A stretch of DNA of 63,918 bases, filler included, from an uncultured bacterium (GTDB taxonomy: Bacteria; CAYJRR01): assembly GCA_964372275.1 (NCBI GenBank). It is 3 parts of 3 records of this genome, joined end to end, with 100 filler letters (N's around TTAATTAATTAA, not from the genome) between each part and the next. Parts side by side here need not be neighbours in the genome. Positions count along the whole stretch, not along the records: positions 1 to 29,741 come from CAYJRR010000055.1; 2 more parts are not named here. One strand, 5' to 3'. The position numbers were made by a program, and so were the translations under genes. The notes below the pieces were generated by a model that was given only the letters and a program-made list of their open reading frames with translations, searched no databases and was not told the DNA's origin. The stretch's first letter is position 1. Every line of letters starts with the position of its first letter. Shown in pieces: positions 19,516 to 28,487 of the stretch.

Positions 19516-21315
19516 ATGGCGGAGGGGGCGATGGGGGAGGGTGCGATGTTCGTCGTCTTCGAGGGGATCGACGGCTCCGGCAAGACGACGCTCTCCAACC
19601 GCGTGGCCGCGGCGTTGCGCGCGCGGGGCCTGAGCGTCGAACACGTGCGCGAGGGGGGCGCCTTCCCCTCGAAGGTCGTCGGAGGGATCCGCGACTTCAC
19701 CCGCGAGATGCGGAACGTCGAGCTGGTGCCCGAGGCGGAGCTCCTCCTCTACGCCGCGCGCGAGGCGCAGCTTCTCCGGGAGGTGACCGTCCCGGCGCTG
19801 GCGCGCGCGGAGGTGGTGATCGCCGACCGGTTCGTCTACACGGCCGAGGTGCTGGCGCGGCACGGCCGCGGGCTGCCGGCGGAGCGGGTCGCCCCGGTGG
19901 TCGAGGCCGCCGCAGGAGGCATCGAGCCGGCGCTGGTGGTGCTGGTCGACGTCGACCCGCTGATCGCCCGGATCCGGCGGAAGGTGTCGAAGATCGTCCA
20001 ACCCGATCCACGGCCGGCCTCGCGCAAGGGCCTCTCGGGCCGAGGTCTCCAGAACCGTCTCCGCGAGGGGTACCGGGAGATGGCGGCGCGCCGCGGATGG
20101 ACGGTGGTGGAGAACACCGACCGGCCGCTCGACGAGACCGAACGGTTCGTCGTCGAGCGGATCCTCGCCGCGCGGGGTCCGGCGCGGAACGAGGCGGCGT
20201 CGTTCGCGTCCCCGCCGCGTTCGTCCGACGGCCGGGCGGGCGGCGTCCGGTCGGAGGCCGACGCGCTCGAGCGCTTCGTCGACTGGATCGACCGCCGAGC
20301 GGCGCAGGAGGCGCCGTTGGCGGCGGCCCTCCTCGCAGGACTGGCCGGGCCGGCCGTCGACGCGCGCCGCGAGCGGCTCGCCGAAGTCTCGCCGGCGGTG
20401 ATCGCCAACGGGATCCGCGGGATGACCGACCCCGTCTCCTGGCGCCTCCGCCGCGCGCTCGCGGAGCGCGTTCCCGGCGCCGTCGCCCGGTCGCTGGCGG
20501 GGCGCGCCTTCTTCGACGCCGAGGCGGGACGGCTGCGCGGGCGGCTTTCGGCCGTCGCCCCGTCGGAGGTGCTGCATTCGATCGACGGGCGGGATACCGA
20601 CGAGAGCTGGGCGCTCCGCGAGGGCTTGTTCGGGGCGGCGCCGGCCTCGGCGGTCGGTTCGCTCAAGAGGTTGGCAGGGGGACGTGCGTGGGCGATGCGG
20701 GAACGCTGGATCGCCGAGCGCGGCGGAACGGAGGCGATGCGCGAGACCCTGACGGCGACCGTCGCCGCCCGGTCGGTCACCGCGCTCGACGACGATCGCG
20801 CGTGGGAGATCCGCGACCTCGCCCTGGAGGCGGCGCCGGCCGCGACGATCGAGTCGCTGGCGGGCGTCGCCTCCGAACGGTCCTGGGCGCTGCGCCGGCG
20901 GTTCCTGGAGGTCGCGCCGAAGCCGGTGATGCGTTCGCTCCTGGGGCTCGACGACCCGCGGGCGACGGCCCTCCGGGAGTCGGTCGCCGATTGCGTGCCG
21001 GAGGCGCTCGACTCGCTGGCGGGACTGGACGGCGCCGACGCGTGGAGATTGCGGCTTTCCGCCTCGGAGCGCTGGCCGGTCTCGGCCGCGATGAGCCTCG
21101 GGGGATTGAAGACCGGGGCGGAAGGCCGGGCTTTCGTCCGGCGCCTCCTCGCCGCGCATCCGGACGAGCCGCTGCTCTGGCGCGCGGCGGCGGCGATCCG
21201 GCTCGCCGACATCCGCGCGGAGCTCGAGGCGGCGATCCATTTCGACGACGAGCGGCCCCGGGTCGAACGGCCGCCGGCGGCGATCGACGCCCCACTTCGG
21301 GAGGAGCGCGCATGA
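19516..21315 (+). CDS. Thymidylate-kinase-like P-loop kinase fused to about 8 helical (HEAT-like) repeats
   Basis: FVVFEGIDGSGKTT, ELLLYAAR, VIADRF; C-terminal repeats of P....SL.G.D...AW.LR; true start may be 19531 or 19546. Confidence 0.85.
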   Translation: MAEGAMGEGAMFVVFEGIDGSGKTTLSNRVAAALRARGLSVEHVREGGAFPSKVVGGIRDFTREMRNVELVPEAELLLYAAREAQLLREVTVPALARAEVVIADRFVYTAEVLARHGRGLPAERVAPVVEAAAGGIEPALVVLVDVDPLIARIRRKVSKIVQPDPRPASRKGLSGRGLQNRLREGYREMAARRGWTVVENTDRPLDETERFVVERILAARGPARNEAASFASPPRSSDGRAGGVRSEADALERFVDWIDRRAAQEAPLAAALLAGLAGPAVDARRERLAEVSPAVIANGIRGMTDPVSWRLRRALAERVPGAVARSLAGRAFFDAEAGRLRGRLSAVAPSEVLHSIDGRDTDESWALREGLFGAAPASAVGSLKRLAGGRAWAMRERWIAERGGTEAMRETLTATVAARSVTALDDDRAWEIRDLALEAAPAATIESLAGVASERSWALRRRFLEVAPKPVMRSLLGLDDPRATALRESVADCVPEALDSLAGLDGADAWRLRLSASERWPVSAAMSLGGLKTGAEGRAFVRRLLAAHPDEPLLWRAAAAIRLADIRAELEAAIHFDDERPRVERPPAAIDAPLREERA

Positions 21316-21965
21316 ACCCGTTCCAGACGATCGCGGACCCGACCCTCGGCGGAATCGACGTTCCGCTCACGGAGATGCTGCTCCGGCTTCTGGTGACCCT
21401 CGCCCTCGCGTCGGCGATCGCCTACCGGCCATGGCGGCGGGCGCTCGCGCAGACGGCACCGCTCTCGGTCGAGACGGCGCAGGCGCAGGTGATCATCGCC
21501 GTCGCCGGCGCGCTGATGGTGATCGTGATCGGCGACAGCACCGCGCGCGCGTTCGGACTGGTTGGTCTCGGCGCCTTCATCCGCTTCCGTTCCGGGATCA
21601 AGGATCCCCGCGACGCGGCGGTCATGTTCGTGATGATCGGCGTCGGGATGGCGACCGGGCTCGGGTTGTTCGCGGTGGCCGCCCTCGCCACCGCCTTCGT
21701 CGGCGGCGTGCTGGTCGCGCTCGACGCCACCGCGGGGCGCCGTCCCCGGACGATGACCGTGGGGATCGACCTGCTCGATCCCGCGGGGGCGCTGGCGGGG
21801 ATCCGCGCCGCGCTCCCCGGCAGCCGCGTGCTGGAGACCGGGGACAAGGGATCGATGGTGCTCGAGGTGGCGACCGACCGATCGCTCGACGCCGAGTCGT
21901 TGCTCGCCACGCTCCGCGATCAGGGCGTCGGCGGGATCCGTCGCGTCTCGCTGTCGAACGACTGA
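21312..21965 (+). CDS. DUF4956 (MgtC/SapB-like) membrane protein
   Basis: ATGA overlap; ARAFGLVGLGAFIRFRSGIKDPRD..VMF..IGVGMATG signature. Confidence 0.88.
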   Translation: MNPFQTIADPTLGGIDVPLTEMLLRLLVTLALASAIAYRPWRRALAQTAPLSVETAQAQVIIAVAGALMVIVIGDSTARAFGLVGLGAFIRFRSGIKDPRDAAVMFVMIGVGMATGLGLFAVAALATAFVGGVLVALDATAGRRPRTMTVGIDLLDPAGALAGIRAALPGSRVLETGDKGSMVLEVATDRSLDAESLLATLRDQGVGGIRRVSLSND

Positions 21966-21981
21966 AGGGAAAGGAACGACC

Positions 21982-23187
21982 ATGTCCGCGAACCGACTCG
22001 TGACCGTCCTGTGGCTCGGCGCGCTCTCCGCCTGCAACGGCCTGACCCCGCCCGGCCTGATCGTGGGCGATGACGACGACGATGACGGAGGCGGCGGCAA
22101 CGGCAACGGCGCGTGCCACGCGATCTACGACCCGGCGCGGTTTCCGACGTTCGAAGTGGAGATCTCCTCCGGCGAGCTCGCCGCCTTGCAGGACGAGTTC
22201 ACCAACTGGCAGCAACGCGAGATCGATGGCCTCCCGCTCAAGCCCTACCACCCGGTCGTCTTCCGCTACCAGGGAGAGTCCTACCCGGACGCCCGGATGC
22301 GGCTCAAAGGGAACCCCTGCTGCTCCTGGTCGGGGAACAAGATGCAGTTCGTCATCTCCTTCAACGAGGTGAATCCGGAGGGGCGGTTCCGGGGGCTGCG
22401 GAAGCTGGCGCTCGACGCGCCGCCGTACGACGCGAGCCTCCTCCACGACCGCCTCGCGTACAGCGTCCTGCGCGATGCCGGACTCCCGGCCGCGTGCGCC
22501 AACAGCGCCAGGCTCGAGATCAACGGCGAGCTCTACGGCGTGTATTCGAACATCGAGTTCCTGAACAAGGATTTCCTGAAGCGGAACTTCCCCGGCAAGG
22601 CGGGGGGGACGCTCTACAAGTACGGCTTCGAGCCGGTCACCAACGAGGAGACCTACGAAGCCGGCCGGCGGGACGCTTTCTGGGCGGCCGCCGATCTCGC
22701 CGAGCTGGACGGGTTGGCCGACCTCGATCGGATCGTCCGGGAGTGGGCGGGGGAGGCGGTGCTGCCGCACGCCGACGGGTTCTGGGCCGGATCGGGGAAC
22801 TTCTACCTCTACGATCACCCGACGCGCGGGTTCCAGTTCGTGCCGTGGGATCTCGACTATTCGTTCGAGCTCGCGCCGGTCGGCGTCGACCCCTTCGCCT
22901 ACACCGTGGAGTGGGGATCGGCACCACCGATGATCGAGATGGTCTTCGCCGACGCCGGTTGGAGGGCGCGCTTCGTCGACGCCGTCGCGGCGGTGCGCGC
23001 GGAGTACGATCCGCAGACGCTCCAGGCGCGGATCGATGCCTGGTCGGCGCAGATCGACACGAGCCTTCGCGCCGATCCGAACAAGCCGTTCAGCGACGAG
23101 GAACACGGCGCGGCGGTCGCGTCGCTGCGCGCCTACGTCGGTGACCGGGCGGCGTTCCTCGACGAGTGGATCGCCGCCAATCGGTGA
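21982..23187 (+). CDS. CotH-family protein kinase, lipoprotein (paralogue 2)
   Basis: Lipobox LSAC, Asp/Gly linker; RLKGN, DGFWAGSGNFYLY, VPWDLD; strongly similar to 15744-16940. Confidence 0.88.
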   Translation: MSANRLVTVLWLGALSACNGLTPPGLIVGDDDDDDGGGGNGNGACHAIYDPARFPTFEVEISSGELAALQDEFTNWQQREIDGLPLKPYHPVVFRYQGESYPDARMRLKGNPCCSWSGNKMQFVISFNEVNPEGRFRGLRKLALDAPPYDASLLHDRLAYSVLRDAGLPAACANSARLEINGELYGVYSNIEFLNKDFLKRNFPGKAGGTLYKYGFEPVTNEETYEAGRRDAFWAAADLAELDGLADLDRIVREWAGEAVLPHADGFWAGSGNFYLYDHPTRGFQFVPWDLDYSFELAPVGVDPFAYTVEWGSAPPMIEMVFADAGWRARFVDAVAAVRAEYDPQTLQARIDAWSAQIDTSLRADPNKPFSDEEHGAAVASLRAYVGDRAAFLDEWIAANR

Positions 23188-23230
23188 GGGTCCCGCCGGC
23201 GGCGGAAGAGTCCATGGTATCGTTTCGTCC

Positions 23231-23704
23231 ATGGGTGTCCGGTCGAGGGGAATTCGCGCGGTCGCCGGTTGGGCGGTCCTGGCGGTGGCCGGATGCGGAG
23301 CGATCGATCGAACGATCGTCAATCCGGTCGACGTGGCGAAGACCCCGCCGGGGTTCTTCGTCACGCGTGGCGATATCGCGCGAGAGCTGTACGAGCCGGT
23401 CGCGGTGCTGCACGGGGAGCGGCGGGGCGTCTACTGGATCGGCATGGTGCCGGTCCTCCGCTCGCGGATCTCCGACGCGATCGAAAAGGGGCTGGTCCGC
23501 GAAGCGCAGAAGCTCGGCGCCGACGGACTGATCCAGATCGAGACGTCCCACCAGCTGCTACCGCCGTTCCCTTACTCGATCGTGACGCTGGGGTTCATGG
23601 CCCGCATCGTCCACGTCGACGCGCTGGCGGTGAAGATGAAGCGTCCCGCCGGCGGTCAGGGGCAGGCGAGCGGTCCGGCCGCGAGCGTCACCGTCACGCC
23701 GTAG
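23231..23704 (+). CDS. Small lipoprotein (YbjQ/heavy-metal-binding-like fold possible)
   Basis: Lipobox VAGC; LVREAQKLGADGLI motif. Confidence 0.6.
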   Translation: MGVRSRGIRAVAGWAVLAVAGCGAIDRTIVNPVDVAKTPPGFFVTRGDIARELYEPVAVLHGERRGVYWIGMVPVLRSRISDAIEKGLVREAQKLGADGLIQIETSHQLLPPFPYSIVTLGFMARIVHVDALAVKMKRPAGGQGQASGPAASVTVTP

Positions 23705-24690
23705 TCGATCGGATAGACGACCGGCCAGGAGAGAGCGGGCCTGGGACCGCGCAGCATCCGGTCGATCATGGCGCTGCCGTCGAACAGGGTCAGGTCGACC
23801 GCGCCGTCGGCGGGGAGGGCGAACGTCTGGCACGGCAACCAGCCGGTCGCGAACGGTACCCCGTCTGGCGCCTGGTAGAGGAAGACCCTCGGATGGCCGT
23901 ACCAGGTCGATCCGCCGTAGCCGGGCTGCGGCGGGAACTCGCCGGTCACCTGGACGCGGACCGTTCCGCCGGCCGTCCCCCCGTCGATCCGAAACCGCCC
24001 GAAGTCGTCGGCGTCGGCGAGCTGGCGGATGGCGGATGGGACGCCGTTCGCCAGCGGCACGATGGCGCTCTCCTCGATCGCGAACCCGCCGTCGAGGAGG
24101 TGATCGACGCCCCGGTCGTGCAGCACGACGTCGTAGGGGCCGGGTGCGGCGTAGAGGTCGGCCTGCAGGAAGAACGAGGCCCGGGTCGGTCCCTCGAGGA
24201 AGAGGTTGTAGAAGCCGGCGACGCCCGCTTCGCTCGAGTAGTAGAGGCTCGGCAGCCAGGAGGTCTCCCGACCCTCGACGTCGAAGTAGTCGAGGGCACC
24301 CTGCCGGAAGGGACGGCTCGTCACCCGCACCCGCGGCACGATCTCGATCGCCGCGAGGCCCGAGACGCGCTCGTCGCCGGAGGCGATCACGAGGTCGACG
24401 CGGCCGGGGGATGCTCCGGCCGGCGCGCGAACCGTGAGCGCCATCTGCTCCGGCCCGGCGACCCGCGGCTCGCCGACCGGCTCCAGGACGTCGCCGACGT
24501 CGACCACCGTCTCCCCCTCACGCCAGTGTGTGAACGAACCGAGGACCCGGATCTCCGCCTCCAGACCGGCGACGATCTGGCGAGGTTCGATCGACACGAT
24601 CGACGGGGGCGGTTCCGAGGTCGTGGGCGCGGACCCGCAGGCCGGGAGCGCGCCGAGCGCCATGCCGATCGCGGCGGAGCGCAGTGTCAT
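23656..24690 (-). CDS. Ig-like (IPT/TIG-like) repeat lipoprotein A2
   Basis: Lipobox LPAC; SIEPRQI...GSFTHW...; QADLYAAPGPYDV; paralogous to 27298-28407. Confidence 0.7.
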   Translation of the reverse strand: MTLRSAAIGMALGALPACGSAPTTSEPPPSIVSIEPRQIVAGLEAEIRVLGSFTHWREGETVVDVGDVLEPVGEPRVAGPEQMALTVRAPAGASPGRVDLVIASGDERVSGLAAIEIVPRVRVTSRPFRQGALDYFDVEGRETSWLPSLYYSSEAGVAGFYNLFLEGPTRASFFLQADLYAAPGPYDVVLHDRGVDHLLDGGFAIEESAIVPLANGVPSAIRQLADADDFGRFRIDGGTAGGTVRVQVTGEFPPQPGYGGSTWYGHPRVFLYQAPDGVPFATGWLPCQTFALPADGAVDLTLFDGSAMIDRMLRGPRPALSWPVVYPIDYGVTVTLAAGPLACP

Positions 24691-26366
24691 TGCGTCTCCA
24701 AGGAGAGCATCCATCCGTGGAGGGTGCGGTCCGGTCCGCCCCAGATGGCGTGCTCGCTCAATCGAAGCGTCCAGGTCCCGTTCGGGTCCTTGCCGCCGAA
24801 GACCGCGTCGAGGTCGGAGGCGGCCGGCGTCACGTCGGGCCAGACGGTCCGGTAGTCGGCCACCTGCCGCGTGTAGTCGAACTCCTGGACGATCGCCTCG
24901 GTCCCGTCGGGCGCGATCAGGGTCACGCGCGTGACGCCGCGGAAGCCGTGCTCCAGGTCCAGTCCGAGGTGGACACGGGAGATCGTCCCGGCGATCCCCC
25001 CGACGGTCATCGTGCGGGAGAAGGTCTCGTTTCCGGAAAAGGTGACGAGCGGCGGATAGGCGATCGCCAATCCGTCGTCGACCACGTGCGTCCCCGGGAT
25101 CGCGTCGATCCCGGTCGTGAGGTCGAACCCGCCTCCATCGCCGCCCTCCGCTTCCGAGACGACCGCGAGCCAGATCCCCTCGCCACGGAGCACCTGGCGG
25201 ACGGTCGACGACCCGCCATCCGGGGATTCGGTCCGTGCGCGCACCGTCATGGTGGCGGGATCGAGCAGGTCGACCGCCGGCGCGAGCGCCGACGCCCCGG
25301 ACTCCGACGAGGCGGTCACCGACAGCACGCTCCACCGCGGGCCGGCATCGCCGATCGCGAAGGCGCCGATCGCCCCCGCCCCCAGCCCCAGGTCCGAGGC
25401 GCCGTCGCCGGCGGCGAGCGGCGTGACCGCGGTCTGCTCCACGTGCAGCGAGTAGGGGAGCGGCGAGGCGCCGAAGACGTAGAAGCTCGGATCGCGCACC
25501 ACCAGGTAGAGATCCTCGGGGGAATCGGCCCAGTCGAACCAATCCCCGTCTTCGAGGAGCTCGTGGACGTACCGGCCGTCGGACGGACGGTAGATCTCGG
25601 TCCAGGCGTAGAGCTGCGGGTTCTCGAGTCGGACCCGCGTCAGCGGGACGCCTGCCGCGGGGACGTGGAAGACGTGGAACTCGCCCCAGAGGTCGATCTC
25701 GTCCTGGGCCGTCGCCCCCGACGGAAGCGATCGGACCTCGACCGGAACGACGGTCAGGGCCCCCCGCGCCGTCTCCCGTGCGCCGCCGCTGGTGAGCGCG
25801 ACATCGCGCGCCCCGGGCTCGGCGAAGAGGTCGACCTTGAGCAGGACTTCGGCGTCGTCCTCGTCGACGACGTAGACGCCGAGCACCAACGCCCCCTCGA
25901 TCGCCGCGTCGGCGCCGAACGACGACCAACGCGTTCCGCGTCCGTGGAGGCGAAGCAGGTTCAGCTCCCCCTGGGCGAGCTCGGTCGTGTCGAATGCGAA
26001 CGGCGGCGCCACCTCGAACGATCCGTCGAGGCGAAGCTCGAGCGAGCCCTGTCGTAGGACGACGTCGCGGGCCCCGTAGGCCGCGTCCTCCGCGGCGGTG
26101 AGCTCGACGGCGATCGAGACCGGACTGGCGACGGTCGCCACCGCGGTGAGCCCGTCGCCGAAGTCGGCGGCGATCGGCCGGGAGGGGTCGAAGTCGGCGA
26201 GCTCGGCGGTGATCCGAACCGACGTCTGGCGGCCGGGGGCGATCCAGTTGGGCTCGACGTCGCGCAGGCGAGGCGCGAGCCCCTCGCCGTCGCCGCCGCA
26301 ACCGGCGGCGACGGCGACGAACGAGGCCGCCGCGACGATCCGCGTACGCCGGTGGCCCGCGCTCAC
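24687..26366 (-). CDS. Ig-like repeat lipoprotein B2 with C-terminal proprotein-convertase P-domain
   Basis: Lipobox AAGC; LDLEH...VTLIAPDGT...FGGKDPNGTWTLRL....LHGWMLSL P-domain; GTGA overlap. Confidence 0.75.
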   Translation of the reverse strand: MSAGHRRTRIVAAASFVAVAAGCGGDGEGLAPRLRDVEPNWIAPGRQTSVRITAELADFDPSRPIAADFGDGLTAVATVASPVSIAVELTAAEDAAYGARDVVLRQGSLELRLDGSFEVAPPFAFDTTELAQGELNLLRLHGRGTRWSSFGADAAIEGALVLGVYVVDEDDAEVLLKVDLFAEPGARDVALTSGGARETARGALTVVPVEVRSLPSGATAQDEIDLWGEFHVFHVPAAGVPLTRVRLENPQLYAWTEIYRPSDGRYVHELLEDGDWFDWADSPEDLYLVVRDPSFYVFGASPLPYSLHVEQTAVTPLAAGDGASDLGLGAGAIGAFAIGDAGPRWSVLSVTASSESGASALAPAVDLLDPATMTVRARTESPDGGSSTVRQVLRGEGIWLAVVSEAEGGDGGGFDLTTGIDAIPGTHVVDDGLAIAYPPLVTFSGNETFSRTMTVGGIAGTISRVHLGLDLEHGFRGVTRVTLIAPDGTEAIVQEFDYTRQVADYRTVWPDVTPAASDLDAVFGGKDPNGTWTLRLSEHAIWGGPDRTLHGWMLSLETQ

Positions 26367-27301
26367 GTCGAGCCCTCGAAGGCGGCGCGTAGCTCGAACG
26401 CGTCGGCCGGCGTGGGGAACTGCGAGAGGTTGCGGACGACGAGCAGGTAGCGCGGATCGGTGGCCGGATCGAGAAGCACGCTCCCTTCCTCGAACGCCAG
26501 GAGCGGCGTGCGCCCGTCCGTTTCGCGGAAGACCTGGACGACGAAATCGTCGAAGCTGGCGGACGCGTCGAGGCGCGCCCGCGGGACGCCGGAAAAGAGA
26601 CGGTAGACGCGGAATGCCAGCCACCCCCCGATCTCCCCGGCGACGGTGTCGCCGAGCGCGATCGACTCGATCGCGACCGGCTCGATCGTGTAGGCCTCGC
26701 GCACCGATTCGGTCGCCTGGACGGTTGTGACGGTGACGTCGCGCGGACCGGGGGCGGCGAACAGGTCGACCTGCACGATCGCCACCGCCTCGTCGTCGCC
26801 GAGGATCGACGCCTGGAGCACGGACGTTCCGGGTCCGAAGTCAAAGGTCGGGCCGTAGGGGGACCACACCGTGCCGCGGCCGAACAGGTGGACGTAGGCG
26901 ATCTCCCCCTGGCGGAGCCGGCCGTACTCGACGTCGAAGGGGGGGACGACCTCGAAGTAGCGGTCGAGGGTAAGGCGACGTTCGTCCTGGGTGACGACGA
27001 CCGTTCGGAGTCCCAGCGCCGCGACGGAGTCGACCGCCGCGTGCACCCGAACCAGGTCCGAACCGAGCGCCACGGCGGTGGTCGCAATGCCGTCCCCCAG
27101 ATCGACGACGACCTCCTTCGACGGATCGAAATCGGCGTATCGGGCGGTGACGACGATCTCGGTGACGCGTCCGGCGACGGCGGAGCGCGGCTCGACGTCG
27201 GCCAGACGCGCGTCGAGCTCGAAGGGGGCGGGACCGCCGCAGCCGGCCAGCGCCACCAGCGCCGGCAGCCATGCCGGCGTCCTCGCGTGTCGTCCGGTCA
27301 C
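26363..27301 (-). CDS. Ig-like repeat lipoprotein B1
   Basis: Lipobox LAGC; RLADVEP...ADFDPS...GDG; VDLFAAPGPRDV; GTGA overlap. Confidence 0.7.
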   Translation of the reverse strand: MTGRHARTPAWLPALVALAGCGGPAPFELDARLADVEPRSAVAGRVTEIVVTARYADFDPSKEVVVDLGDGIATTAVALGSDLVRVHAAVDSVAALGLRTVVVTQDERRLTLDRYFEVVPPFDVEYGRLRQGEIAYVHLFGRGTVWSPYGPTFDFGPGTSVLQASILGDDEAVAIVQVDLFAAPGPRDVTVTTVQATESVREAYTIEPVAIESIALGDTVAGEIGGWLAFRVYRLFSGVPRARLDASASFDDFVVQVFRETDGRTPLLAFEEGSVLLDPATDPRYLLVVRNLSQFPTPADAFELRAAFEGST

Positions 27302-28407
27302 GGCCCCTCCCCGGCGCACGGAAGCGGCGCGTCGCCACGCGTGGCGGTGACGGCGTAGTCGATCGGGTAGTCGACTGGCGACCGGAGCGGCGCGGGGCCG
27401 GTCCAGTAGAAGGCGATGAACGCCGCGGCGTCGGAGACGACGAAGTGGAGGTCGCCCGCCTCGATCGCCTGGTGCGCGAAGCAGGTCTCGTATTCGTAGG
27501 CGGCCGGACGGAGACCGCCCGCCGACGCCGGATAGAGCTGGGTCATCGGTCCGCCGAGGATCTCCAGGGTGAGGACGCCGGCGAAGGTGACGAGCTGCGG
27601 CGGGAACGCCCCCTCGATCTCGATCGTCACCCACTCCCCCGCGGCGAGGCCGGGAACGCGGTAGAGATCGGTGTCGAGGTCGGCGAGGAGCGAATCGGCG
27701 TGCGGCGCGGCCGACTCCAGCGCGATCGCCGCGGGCGATTCGGCGATCGGCACGGCGGCGCGCGTGAGCTCGGTCCGCTCCTTGTGGACCACCGCGAGGT
27801 CGAAGCTCCCGGCCGGCGCGAACAGGTCGGCTTGAAGCATCGCGTGGGCGCGTTCCGAGTCCTCGACGTAGACGGCGAGCGAGGCGGCGACGAGCGAGGA
27901 GAGGAAACCGTCTTCCGTCGTCGACCCCGCGAACGCCGTCGCGAATCCGGGAAGCCAGGTCGTTCCGTGGCCGGTCAGCTCGAAGAAACCGATGCCGCCC
28001 GGCTTGAGCGGACCGCCGCGGACCTCCACCCGCGGAACGACCTCGAGCGCGGGATCGAGACGCAGGCGCGATCCGCCGGTCGTGACCTCGACGGCGCGCG
28101 GTCCGGCGTCGATCTCGGCCGCGACCTCGATCGGGACGAGCAGGTGCTCGGGGCTGGCGACGATCACCTCTCCGGCCGAGGAGATTCCGGGGCCGAGCGA
28201 GACGCGCGTGGCGCCCGACCAACGGGTGAAGCTCCCGGTGACGAGCAGCTCGTAGCGATGGCCGGCGACCAGTGTCGTCGGTTCGACCGATACCACCGCG
28301 GGGGCGGGGCTCCACGCCTCGGCGCAGCCGGCGAACGGCGCCGTCGCCAGCAGCACGCGGAGCGAGGCCCTCCGCCATCGCACCGTTCCACGTCGCTCGA
28401 CCGTCAT
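27298..28407 (-). CDS. Ig-like repeat lipoprotein A1
   Basis: Lipobox FAGC; SVEPTTL...GSFTRW; QADLFAPAG; ends YPIDYAVTAT..PLPC. Confidence 0.7.
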   Translation of the reverse strand: MTVERRGTVRWRRASLRVLLATAPFAGCAEAWSPAPAVVSVEPTTLVAGHRYELLVTGSFTRWSGATRVSLGPGISSAGEVIVASPEHLLVPIEVAAEIDAGPRAVEVTTGGSRLRLDPALEVVPRVEVRGGPLKPGGIGFFELTGHGTTWLPGFATAFAGSTTEDGFLSSLVAASLAVYVEDSERAHAMLQADLFAPAGSFDLAVVHKERTELTRAAVPIAESPAAIALESAAPHADSLLADLDTDLYRVPGLAAGEWVTIEIEGAFPPQLVTFAGVLTLEILGGPMTQLYPASAGGLRPAAYEYETCFAHQAIEAGDLHFVVSDAAAFIAFYWTGPAPLRSPVDYPIDYAVTATRGDAPLPCAGEGP

Positions 28408-28487
28408 GTCGCGCCGGGAACGCGGAGGCCGGCGAAAGGTAACGCCGGAAACGACGATTCAGCGCGCGGAGGTGATTGATCCTTCGG

